From an uncultured candidate division Zixibacteria bacterium (GTDB lineage: Bacteria; Zixibacteria; MSB-5A5; GN15; FEB-12), in the NCBI GenBank assembly GCA_963707365.1, contig CAVPPI010000004.1, forward strand, positions 880,465 to 944,464: a DNA stretch of 64,000 nucleotides. The letters are read 5' to 3'. The notes under the pieces were generated by a model, which saw only the letters and a program-made list of their open reading frames with translations, was not told where the DNA came from and ran no database searches. This document shows, piece by piece, positions 18,592 through 26,241 of this stretch. The translations under genes were made by a program, and so were the position numbers. Positions within the stretch are counted from its first letter, which is position 1, and each line of letters opens with the position of its first letter.

Positions 18592-21426
18592 TTATTTCTT
18601 CTTCAAGAGATTCTGCAAAACGTTTTCAGCTTCGCCTTTCAAGTTATCCTGAAGATTCTTACCGAGTGCGGAATAATCGATCGCAACAGCCGGCTTATCG
18701 ATAGTGCCCCCGAAGCCGATAGGGAGCTTGATTCTATCCACGCTCTTATCTGTAATCAGGCCGGCCACATTGCCGAGCAAACCTCCCGAAGAAACCAGTT
18801 TCTGCGACCATTCCTTCGACAGCAGAATAGTACCGGTATAGTCTATATTTCCCGCAAAGGAATAGAAACCGTCGAGCTCGACCTCGCCCATGCTCCCCAG
18901 TTGCGTCTTCAATTTATCCACGCCGACCTTACCGTCCTTGACGATGATATTCGTGGCGAGATTTCGCAAAGCCTGCTCTTTTTCGAATTTCTGTCCCGCT
19001 TTCGAAGCCAGGTTGTTAATAGCCGAGAACAATTCTCCCGATGTAATCACCTTCCCCTGCTGCATCGAAGAGGCAGAGTTCATTGTCAGCGAATTCAGAA
19101 AGTCCTCCGGCTCCCAGCCAACAGCGCTGTAGTTGCCCTGAAGGCTGCATTTGCCGTAGAGAAATCCGCCGAACTTTGAAAAACGACTGACAAAATCATT
19201 GGCCTCGACATTGGTCGCTTGAAACTCGCCCGTGTACCGAGGTTTCTCAAAGTCAGTCAGGTCGATAGTCGTCTTGCCGGCCACATCGCCACTGTAAACT
19301 TTGGCGGTGGCATCGTAGCACTCGATTTTGCGGTCATATATCTTGATCTTCCCCTCAAGCGATGTAAACTCGACCTGGCTGTAAATCAGGGTATCGACCT
19401 CAAACGTACCCTGTCCGTCGATATCCGGAAGAATTATGGTCGAGACAGAATCCATGGACGCCGTCGCTATCACCTCGCCGGACCCCGGTACCGCCTCCGG
19501 GAACAGCTTATCGGCATCAAAGCGATGGGAACTCAGTTTGAACAGAAACATCGGCTTGGCCACAGTACTGCGATCGAGCGTCTTGATAGGAAGCAGATAC
19601 GGGAATGGATTTATCAATTTGCCGGAGAAGGAGGCATCACTGGAAACAAACCGGGCCGTCATGTTCAAAACCGTTATCGTGTCCGGACCGACCTTCAGTT
19701 CGGCCTCAAAATGTTTCAACGGTTCCGGCAGCAGAGAATCGACATATGAGGCGTTCTTTATCGTCACTGTACCCGAAGGGCTGAGTTTTTCATAGTCCGT
19801 TAGCGCACCCGTCAGCTTGAGATTCAGAGCGAGGTCGCCCTCAAGATGCGGACTACCTTTTGGCGGGAGGAGCGAATTGACAACGGCCAGATTCACCTGC
19901 CCGCTCAGTACTCCATCGATCGTGGGAGCAATTTTCTCGCGTGCGGTCGAGTCAGCCATGAAATACGGAACCAGCTTGTTAAGGCGACCGTTGAACGCAA
20001 GACTTCCCGATGTCGTGCGCGCGTCGAGCTTTTTGACACTGGTCAGATCCCGGTCAAAATAAACATCAAGGTTGAACGATTCCACCGGCTCCAACATCAG
20101 ATTCGATTTGTAACTACCATTCGCAACTTTGAGATCGCCCGAAAAATTCATCCGCGAGAAATCATTCGTTTTACCGGAGAGTTTAATGTTGAATTCCGTG
20201 GCTCCGGATATCTCGTGGGAGCCCTCTACCGGAAGAAAGGGCTGGAGATACACAAGATTGAAGTTACCCGCCAGCTCACCGTTTACCGTGGGGTCGTCAA
20301 AGTCCTCCACGACAAAGTGGCCCTTGAGTGGTTTATCATCGAAGTAACCGTCTTCTATCGTGAAACGAAGATTGTTATTTTTGAAATCAATGAGAGCTTT
20401 GCTGAATTTAAACTTACCGGGGACCTGGGTGTGAGTCAGGTTCATGGACGTGATAATAGCGGTTCCGAAATAAGTCAGCGTGTCGGGGCTTTCGGTGTCG
20501 TAATCAACGTCGAGATCAAGAGAGAAGTCACCATCAACCTTAATGTCCTTTGTCATCTCAAGCTGTTTCTCCGGAAGTAGCCGAAGCAGGTCAGCAACCT
20601 TCATCTTTTTGGACTTAAGGCTGACCTTGCTCTTGAGATCACCGGTGGGATCGGAAACCTGCCCTTTGAGGCTGAACTCCAGATTGTTTACGTCGAGCGT
20701 AGTTTCGTCAAAGGTCAGCAGCTTCTGGTCCATATCGTAGGCAGCTGAATAATCAAGCTTGACCGCCAGCGCGGGCAGAGGTTTGTCTCCTCCGACAAGA
20801 AATGAATCCACGGCAATCATCCCCGAAGACTCGTAGAAGTTTTTTCGGGGGATTCTAAGAGACGTGGAAAGATCAAGACCTCTGAAACTAAAAGATGTCT
20901 TAGTACTGTCGTCGGTAAAAGTCAGGTATCCGTCGTTGATTTCAAGTTTATCGAAAGTGACAGCCACCGCGGCCGCCTTAGCCTCCGGTGTCGCCTGTTC
21001 GACCAGTTCAGGTGGCGCCTTCTTCTCCATGGCTTCGAAAGTATAGTTATTGGATCCGTCAGCCCGCTTGAGCATGGATATTTGGGGTCGATTGATTACC
21101 AGCCTGTCGACTTTGAAGTCACCCGAAAGCAACGGCAGGATTCGCAGCTTTATATCGACATTGTCGGCGGTTAGAAACTGGCTGTCGCCCATATCCGGCG
21201 GGTTGGCTACGGCAACATCGCCGAGTTTCACGCCGAGACCGCCCCAGAAAGATATCTGGGCGTCACCGACTGTAATGGTGCGACCTAATTGGGCACTACC
21301 CTTCTCGACCGCAAGTTCTTTGGCTTTCTCGATCGGGAAAAATAGCCACAAGCCGACTATAGCCAGCAACAACAGGACGACAACGATACCGGCCGTCCAA
21401 CTCAGAATTTTCAGTAACTTCTTCAT
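18592..21426 (-). CDS. AsmA-family outer-membrane biogenesis protein
   Basis: An N-terminal signal-anchor is followed by an AsmA-like N-terminal region. The long repetitive beta-rich body of 944 aa has the architecture typical of AsmA/TamB-like proteins. Confidence 0.65.
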   Translation of the reverse strand: MKKLLKILSWTAGIVVVLLLLAIVGLWLFFPIEKAKELAVEKGSAQLGRTITVGDAQISFWGGLGVKLGDVAVANPPDMGDSQFLTADNVDIKLRILPLLSGDFKVDRLVINRPQISMLKRADGSNNYTFEAMEKKAPPELVEQATPEAKAAAVAVTFDKLEINDGYLTFTDDSTKTSFSFRGLDLSTSLRIPRKNFYESSGMIAVDSFLVGGDKPLPALAVKLDYSAAYDMDQKLLTFDETTLDVNNLEFSLKGQVSDPTGDLKSKVSLKSKKMKVADLLRLLPEKQLEMTKDIKVDGDFSLDLDVDYDTESPDTLTYFGTAIITSMNLTHTQVPGKFKFSKALIDFKNNNLRFTIEDGYFDDKPLKGHFVVEDFDDPTVNGELAGNFNLVYLQPFLPVEGSHEISGATEFNIKLSGKTNDFSRMNFSGDLKVANGSYKSNLMLEPVESFNLDVYFDRDLTSVKKLDARTTSGSLAFNGRLNKLVPYFMADSTAREKIAPTIDGVLSGQVNLAVVNSLLPPKGSPHLEGDLALNLKLTGALTDYEKLSPSGTVTIKNASYVDSLLPEPLKHFEAELKVGPDTITVLNMTARFVSSDASFSGKLINPFPYLLPIKTLDRSTVAKPMFLFKLSSHRFDADKLFPEAVPGSGEVIATASMDSVSTIILPDIDGQGTFEVDTLIYSQVEFTSLEGKIKIYDRKIECYDATAKVYSGDVAGKTTIDLTDFEKPRYTGEFQATNVEANDFVSRFSKFGGFLYGKCSLQGNYSAVGWEPEDFLNSLTMNSASSMQQGKVITSGELFSAINNLASKAGQKFEKEQALRNLATNIIVKDGKVGVDKLKTQLGSMGEVELDGFYSFAGNIDYTGTILLSKEWSQKLVSSGGLLGNVAGLITDKSVDRIKLPIGFGGTIDKPAVAIDYSALGKNLQDNLKGEAENVLQNLLKKK

Positions 21427-21493
21427 ATTCCTTTATATTCCTTTAGTTCACTCCCGGCACAGAAAATTCTAATAAGAAATCGAGCGGCGAGCA

Positions 21494-21527
21494 ATTAAAA
21501 TCGAAAGGGGGCCTGTGCCCCCTTTCG
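21494..21527 (-). terminator. Rho-independent terminator after the UPF0173 hydrolase gene
   Basis: A perfect 11-bp stem CGAAAGGGGGC-(4 nt)-GCCCCCTTTCG at 21502-21527, followed on the minus strand by ATTTTAATT. Confidence 0.6.
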
Positions 21528-21552
21528 CTATGCCTTGATACTGCTAAATGGT

Positions 21553-22230
21553 CTAAAGCGCCAGTTTATCACCCGGTTTCAGGATTACGACCTCGGAGCC
21601 GGAGACCTTTTCGGCAAACCTTTTGGGGTCTTCGGCGATAATGTCCCAGGTGTCATAATGGAAAGGCACGACCTTGCCGGGTTGAAGGAATTCGACCGCC
21701 TTGACGGCATCATCAACGCCCATCGTGAAATTGTCGCCTATGGGCAGGAAAGCCAGGTCGATTCTATTGAGTTCACCGATCAGTTTCATATCGTAGAAAA
21801 GACCGGTGTCTCCGGAATGATAGATGGTAGCGCCGCCAATTGTCACCAGAAAACCGCACGGCGGACCGGTGTACCGCGAGGCATCAGGGCCGTAGCCGCC
21901 ACCGTGATGGGCGATAGTGAGTTTGACCCGGCCGAAATCGAACTTGTGGGCACCGCCGATATGCATTGGGTGAATCTGGGCTCCCTCTGCCGCACACAGG
22001 TTGGCCAGCTCAAAGTTTGCTATAATCGTAGCATTGTTGCGCTTGGCAATCTCAATAGCGTCGCCAACATGGTCGCCGTGACCGTGGGTCAGCAGCACGT
22101 AGTTTACGTCGATATCGCTCGCCTTGACCGGTGACTTCGGATTGTCGCTCACGAAAGGGTCAATGATGAGTTTATATTTTCCTTCGGTAATGGTCACACA
22201 GGAATGGCCCAAAAATCTTACTTCCGGCAT
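21553..22230 (-). CDS. Metallo-beta-lactamase-fold hydrolase (UPF0173/YtkL-like)
   Basis: LLTHGHGDHVGD motif, 225 aa. AAGGAG lies 7 nt upstream of the ATG, and a possible own promoter is TTGACC-N17-AATATT in 22231-22324. Confidence 0.75.
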   Translation of the reverse strand: MPEVRFLGHSCVTITEGKYKLIIDPFVSDNPKSPVKASDIDVNYVLLTHGHGDHVGDAIEIAKRNNATIIANFELANLCAAEGAQIHPMHIGGAHKFDFGRVKLTIAHHGGGYGPDASRYTGPPCGFLVTIGGATIYHSGDTGLFYDMKLIGELNRIDLAFLPIGDNFTMGVDDAVKAVEFLQPGKVVPFHYDTWDIIAEDPKRFAEKVSGSEVVILKPGDKLAL

Positions 22231-22324
22231 ATTGGACTCCTTGATTATTTGTTAGCGACTTCGTGGTTAATTAATATTAAGAGAGAACTAACGCAGGTCA
22301 ACGATATTTTACGGCAATATCAGA

Positions 22325-23341
22325 TTATTGGCGGGCAGCACGATACAGGCAGGTCGGGAAGGAAGCGTTGAGATCGCCGGTGTGGGCATAAACGGCCCCG
22401 CGACAGGCGCCGCGACAAACGCGAAAATACGGGCATTCACGGCAGTGACCCTCGATATTCTCACGGGGATACGACGCTATCTCGGTCATCTTGGGAGACG
22501 ATAATATTTCGTCGAGACTTTGCTTGCGTACATTGCCTACCTTGAAGCGGTCAAAAATCAAACTTGTGCATGGATAAACATCTCCGTTGGAGGCAATGTA
22601 AAAAGCATCCACACCCGCTTTACACTGGTGGAAATCGTATGCCGGCGGCGGTGGCCCGAAAGCAACATCGGGCAACGCGCCGGGAGAATCCATGACAACA
22701 AGTCTTTCCATGAGATCTGCAAGATCTCCGAGCCTGTCACCAAAACCCATCTTGCGGTTGATTTCGTCGGCTTTTCCTCCCCCGTGTGGTACGAACCCGC
22801 AATAACGAATCTTCTTCACGCCCAGTTCTCTGGCCATCTCGACATAGGGCAACACGTCGTCCATGGTCGCCCTACAGATTATCATGGCAAGATAGACCGG
22901 CAGTCCGGCATCCAGACTCATTTTGATACCGTCGATAACCAGTTGGAATTCTTTGGCGCTGGCCCGCCTGATGTCATAGTTTCGTTCCGCTGTGGAACCA
23001 TCAAGACTGATCTGCAGAGAACTCACCTGCGCATTCTTGAGACTCTGTACGCGCTTGGCCGTTAAAGGTACTCCATTGGTCGTTATACCGGACTTTATCC
23101 CGTAGCTGTGAGCATGAGCGATGAGGTCTTCCAGGTCCTTTCTCAAAAGTGGCTCGCCCCCTGTCCATCCAATGGTTCCGACGCCAATCTGGCCCAGATA
23201 ATCAATCAGACGGCGACACTCTTCGGTGCTTAGCTCACCATCGGAGACTTTTACCGCCGAACTATAGCAATGCGGACACGACAGATTGCAACGATCGGTG
23301 ATACCCCAACCAACCGAACTATATTTCTTCTCAAACGACAT
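22325..23341 (-). CDS. Radical SAM/SPASM-domain protein (short form, no N-terminal peptide-binding domain)
   Basis: CNLSCPHC (CX3CX2C) lies near the N-terminus, with GGEPLL. The SPASM signature is CKAGVDAFYIASNGDVYPC ... CRECPYFRVCRGAC. The track start is GTG at 23350, and the first ATG is at 23341. Confidence 0.85.
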   Translation of the reverse strand: MSFEKKYSSVGWGITDRCNLSCPHCYSSAVKVSDGELSTEECRRLIDYLGQIGVGTIGWTGGEPLLRKDLEDLIAHAHSYGIKSGITTNGVPLTAKRVQSLKNAQVSSLQISLDGSTAERNYDIRRASAKEFQLVIDGIKMSLDAGLPVYLAMIICRATMDDVLPYVEMARELGVKKIRYCGFVPHGGGKADEINRKMGFGDRLGDLADLMERLVVMDSPGALPDVAFGPPPPAYDFHQCKAGVDAFYIASNGDVYPCTSLIFDRFKVGNVRKQSLDEILSSPKMTEIASYPRENIEGHCRECPYFRVCRGACRGAVYAHTGDLNASFPTCLYRAARQ

Positions 23342-23375
23342 ACTGACCACTTCTCACTAACATTCAATTCCGATT

Positions 23376-23411
23376 GGTGAACGCGGAAGGAACATTCCCT
23401 CCGCGTTCACC
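23376..23411 (-). promoter_or_regulatory. Intercistronic stem-loop between the peptide gene and the downstream rSAM gene
   Basis: A perfect 12-bp inverted repeat GGTGAACGCGGA (23376-23387) / TCCGCGTTCACC (23400-23411) with a 12-nt loop. No U-tract follows on the minus strand. Confidence 0.6.
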
Positions 23412-23439
23412 GGATACAGACAAAGTTATCCGAAGCTTT

Positions 23440-23589
23440 TTACTCTATCGGAAGCATGATTCCGATTATCGGATAAATGACCGGCTTGCAGAGTGTCGCG
23501 CAAAGTGTTCCACACAGCAAGGTACAGTCCGACGGACAGTTGGGACCGTTTGGTCCCTTACCGCTGGTCGGCTCGATAATGAACAGCAC
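23440..23589 (-). CDS. Cys-rich 49-aa peptide, candidate RiPP precursor (unannotated, below the ORF-track cutoff)
   Basis: My own translation of the minus strand gives MLFIIEPTSGKGPNGPNCPSDCTLLCGTLCATLCKPVIYPIIGIMLPIE. GGAGG (23601-23597) lies 7 nt upstream of the GTG start. The GTG overlaps the TAG stop of the upstream rSAM gene. The ORF lies between two rSAM/SPASM genes on the same strand. Confidence 0.6.
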   Translation of the reverse strand: MLFIIEPTSGKGPNGPNCPSDCTLLCGTLCATLCKPVIYPIIGIMLPIE

Positions 23590-24914
23590 TACGTAGCCTC
23601 CTCTCGCGTTTCATAACGGTGTCGTAACTTAAGCAGATCCTGAAGGTTATCCCTCCAGAATTTGCACTTCCCTGACATTGCTCCTGTTTGTTCGCAGATA
23701 TCGATAACGCATCCTCCCCTGCAGACGGGAAAGACAGCGCACGATTTACATTCAGTATTGTCCGATCGGTCCTGTAAGGTGTACTTCAACAGGTTCTGCT
23801 GTTGAAATACATCAACCGGTCTCTCAAAGACAGTCCCGACCGAGTTGTCAACCATTGCGGAAACATCCTCCCAGCATTTAAAAACATACCCGCTGGGTGC
23901 GATTATAAAAGAACTGTCACAGTCGGTCGGGCAGGACGGTTCGGCAAGAAGGAACGGGAAATCCAATCGCAGTTGACTTTGGCCAGACAACTCTCTATAA
24001 GCACTCAGGTGGTTTCCAAGGTCCTGTTCGCTCTGGCGGCATAGACCAACCGCGTCCGCACAAACCTCAGCCTTTCCGTTTCCGGACGTAAGACTGATTC
24101 GCACTTTCGAGAGAACACCGGCTTGCCGCAAAGAGTCAAGAATCGCACTAACATCCCCCACATTGACACTGGAAAGATTTATCCTTACGACAACATCAAG
24201 AATATCAGCTGAGACCGAAATATTGGAAATTATGCGGTCGAACGAACCCTCTTCATCGGATAGTCTTCTTAATTGATCGTGCATCTCCCTCGGACCGTTC
24301 AGGGTGACCTGAGCGCCAACAACTCCTGCCGCTTTGAGTCGTAGTGACATAGCCCGGTCTAACAGAGTACCGTTGGTTATAACTGTGCTCCCACGAAGAG
24401 GGATGCCGTGCCTGGCCGCCGAGCCGGCAAGATGAGTTTGTATTCGTTCAATAGTGTCAATTTCGAGAAGCGGCTCGCCGCCGAAATATTTGACCTCGAT
24501 CTGATCGGCCTTTCTGGCGTGATTGTCGATAAACTTCACCAGGAATTTCTCCGCCGACAGTCGTATTTTCATCTTATGGTTTCTACCGGAGCACGAATCG
24601 CATATGAGATTGCATGCGAAGGTCGGAGCGATAGCAAGCCTGAGAAGGCCATTTCCATATCGATAGCGAGCGTATTCGACTTTCTGGGCGGCGATTTGGT
24701 CAATATCGTCTTCAATGAGAAAACCGCCATACAGAAGTTGCTGTCTCACCTGCGAGTTGTCGTCGGCAAATGCGCCGGCCGGGTCCTCAAGGATGGCCGA
24801 GACTCTCGCATACGAATCCGCATCCAGTTCAGCCAGAGCGCCGGTCTGACTGTTAAAGAGGATCTTGTTGCCGTTGTCCAACACCGCAAACGTGTTAAAC
24901 CGTGATGCTCTCAC
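23589..24914 (-). CDS. Radical SAM/SPASM-domain peptide maturase-like protein (with ~95-aa N-terminal domain)
   Basis: CNLICDSC (CX3CX2C) lies at about residue 100, with FGGEPLL. The SPASM signature is CDSSFIIAPSGYVFKC ... CKSCAVFPVCRGGC. The N-terminal segment FNTFAVLDNGNKILFNSQTGALAELDADSYARV resembles the peptide-recognition N-termini of thioether-forming maturases. The start is GTG and uncertain. Confidence 0.8.
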   Translation of the reverse strand: MRASRFNTFAVLDNGNKILFNSQTGALAELDADSYARVSAILEDPAGAFADDNSQVRQQLLYGGFLIEDDIDQIAAQKVEYARYRYGNGLLRLAIAPTFACNLICDSCSGRNHKMKIRLSAEKFLVKFIDNHARKADQIEVKYFGGEPLLEIDTIERIQTHLAGSAARHGIPLRGSTVITNGTLLDRAMSLRLKAAGVVGAQVTLNGPREMHDQLRRLSDEEGSFDRIISNISVSADILDVVVRINLSSVNVGDVSAILDSLRQAGVLSKVRISLTSGNGKAEVCADAVGLCRQSEQDLGNHLSAYRELSGQSQLRLDFPFLLAEPSCPTDCDSSFIIAPSGYVFKCWEDVSAMVDNSVGTVFERPVDVFQQQNLLKYTLQDRSDNTECKSCAVFPVCRGGCVIDICEQTGAMSGKCKFWRDNLQDLLKLRHRYETREEAT

Positions 24915-25009
24915 GACAGGTTGCTTTCTGTGAGGAAGTTTTTATGAAATGCTGACGTGCTGCTCGTTATCAACGCTCGGTTAAGTTATTCCAATAACTG
25001 TACTTAGCT

Positions 25010-25037
25010 AATATACTAGTTTAGGCTGCCTTGTCAA
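25010..25037 (-). promoter_or_regulatory. Sigma70-like promoter upstream of the rSAM cassette
   Basis: On the minus strand, TTGACA (25037-25032), a 16-nt spacer and TATATT (25015-25010). It lies about 95 nt upstream of the rSAM start codon. Confidence 0.5.
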
Positions 25038-25092
25038 TAGCGAAGTTTGGAAACGGGTGCACCCGGGCGAAGGTCATGGCACGCGATTGTCC

Positions 25093-26178
25093 CTAACAGA
25101 TAACCCCACCGCCGAGAAGAATGTCGCCCCTGTAGAAAGCGACTGACTGACCGGCAGTTATAGCGCGCTGCTTCTCATCGAATATAACATGGACCGTGCT
25201 GTCGGTCAAGGGAGTAACCCTGGCCGGCGACGCTTTGTGAAGATAGCGGATTTTAACCTCGGCCCCGAATGTCTCGCGTGGCGCGGCGATACTGACCCAG
25301 TTGACACCATCCGCAGTAAGTTCGCTTTTGAAAAGAGCATCATCGTCACCAACCACCACAACGTTGTTGGCAACATCGATTTTCTGCACATAAAGAGGTG
25401 TCGGGTAAGCAACCCCCAGTCCCTTGCGCTGACCTATAGTGTAAAACGGCGTCCCCTTGTGCCGGCCCAACACGGTGCCATCTTCGTGCACAATGTCGCC
25501 TGCTTCATAGCTGCGCCCGGCTCTGGCCTCGTATTCGGTAAGGAAGCGGTGATAGTCATCATCGGCGACAAAGCAGATTTCACGTGACTCCGCCTTTTCG
25601 GCGGTACGAAGGTTGTACTTGCGGGCGGTTTCACGAACTTCGGACTTAAGCATTCCACCCAGTGGCATGAGCGTTTTTGAAAGCGCCTCCTGGCTGACGC
25701 CCCACAGGACATAGGACTGATCGCGGGTGTGGTCTTTACCTTTGCGAATCTGATACCGGCCGCTTTCGGTTTGTTCGACAAACGAGTAATGTCCGGTGGC
25801 TATATAATCACAGCCGACTTCCTGTGCCTTGCGAAGGAACTCGGTCCATTTGACATCGGTGTTACACCGTACGCACGGATTCGGCGTTCGGCCGGCCCGG
25901 TATTCATCCACGAAGTTTTCGATTACCTTCTCTTTGAACTGCTTTGACATATTGAGGACATAAAAAGGCGCATCGATCGAGTCACAAACCATCCGGCAAT
26001 CGGTAACGGAATCGATTGTACAGCATCGGCCGTCTTTGTGGATATCACCGCCAACATCCACATAGTCCCAGAGTTTCATATGGGCGCCAACGACCTCGTA
26101 GCCACTCTCTTTCAGCAGCAGAGCTGCTACCGAGGAGTCCACGCCTCCCGACATTGCGACCAAAACTGTTTTACCCAT
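25093..26178 (-). CDS. mnmA: tRNA-specific 2-thiouridylase MnmA
   Basis: PP-loop VAMSGGVDSSVAA, the CTIDS / NPCVRCN cysteines, and 361 aa. Confidence 0.95.
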   Translation of the reverse strand: MGKTVLVAMSGGVDSSVAALLLKESGYEVVGAHMKLWDYVDVGGDIHKDGRCCTIDSVTDCRMVCDSIDAPFYVLNMSKQFKEKVIENFVDEYRAGRTPNPCVRCNTDVKWTEFLRKAQEVGCDYIATGHYSFVEQTESGRYQIRKGKDHTRDQSYVLWGVSQEALSKTLMPLGGMLKSEVRETARKYNLRTAEKAESREICFVADDDYHRFLTEYEARAGRSYEAGDIVHEDGTVLGRHKGTPFYTIGQRKGLGVAYPTPLYVQKIDVANNVVVVGDDDALFKSELTADGVNWVSIAAPRETFGAEVKIRYLHKASPARVTPLTDSTVHVIFDEKQRAITAGQSVAFYRGDILLGGGVIC

Positions 26179-26241
26179 AGTCTATATCCAAAGAAAAGGG
26201 TCGCCGGGCGACCCCTGTAATTTGCTCTGTACCGAGCCAAC

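Noticed and set aside
23374-23616. An 80-aa plus-strand ORF from the track that fills the gap between the two rSAM genes
   Set aside because: It is antisense to all neighbouring genes, starts with TTG inside the 12-bp hairpin arm, is Arg-rich with no RBS, and is the mirror frame of the better-supported minus-strand Cys-rich ORF.
24915-25009. A leader-encoded small ORF (TTG-start, about 19 codons) upstream of the 441-aa rSAM gene as a second precursor
   Set aside because: It has no ATG/GTG start with an RBS, no cysteines and nothing precursor-like. I treat the region as 5' UTR.
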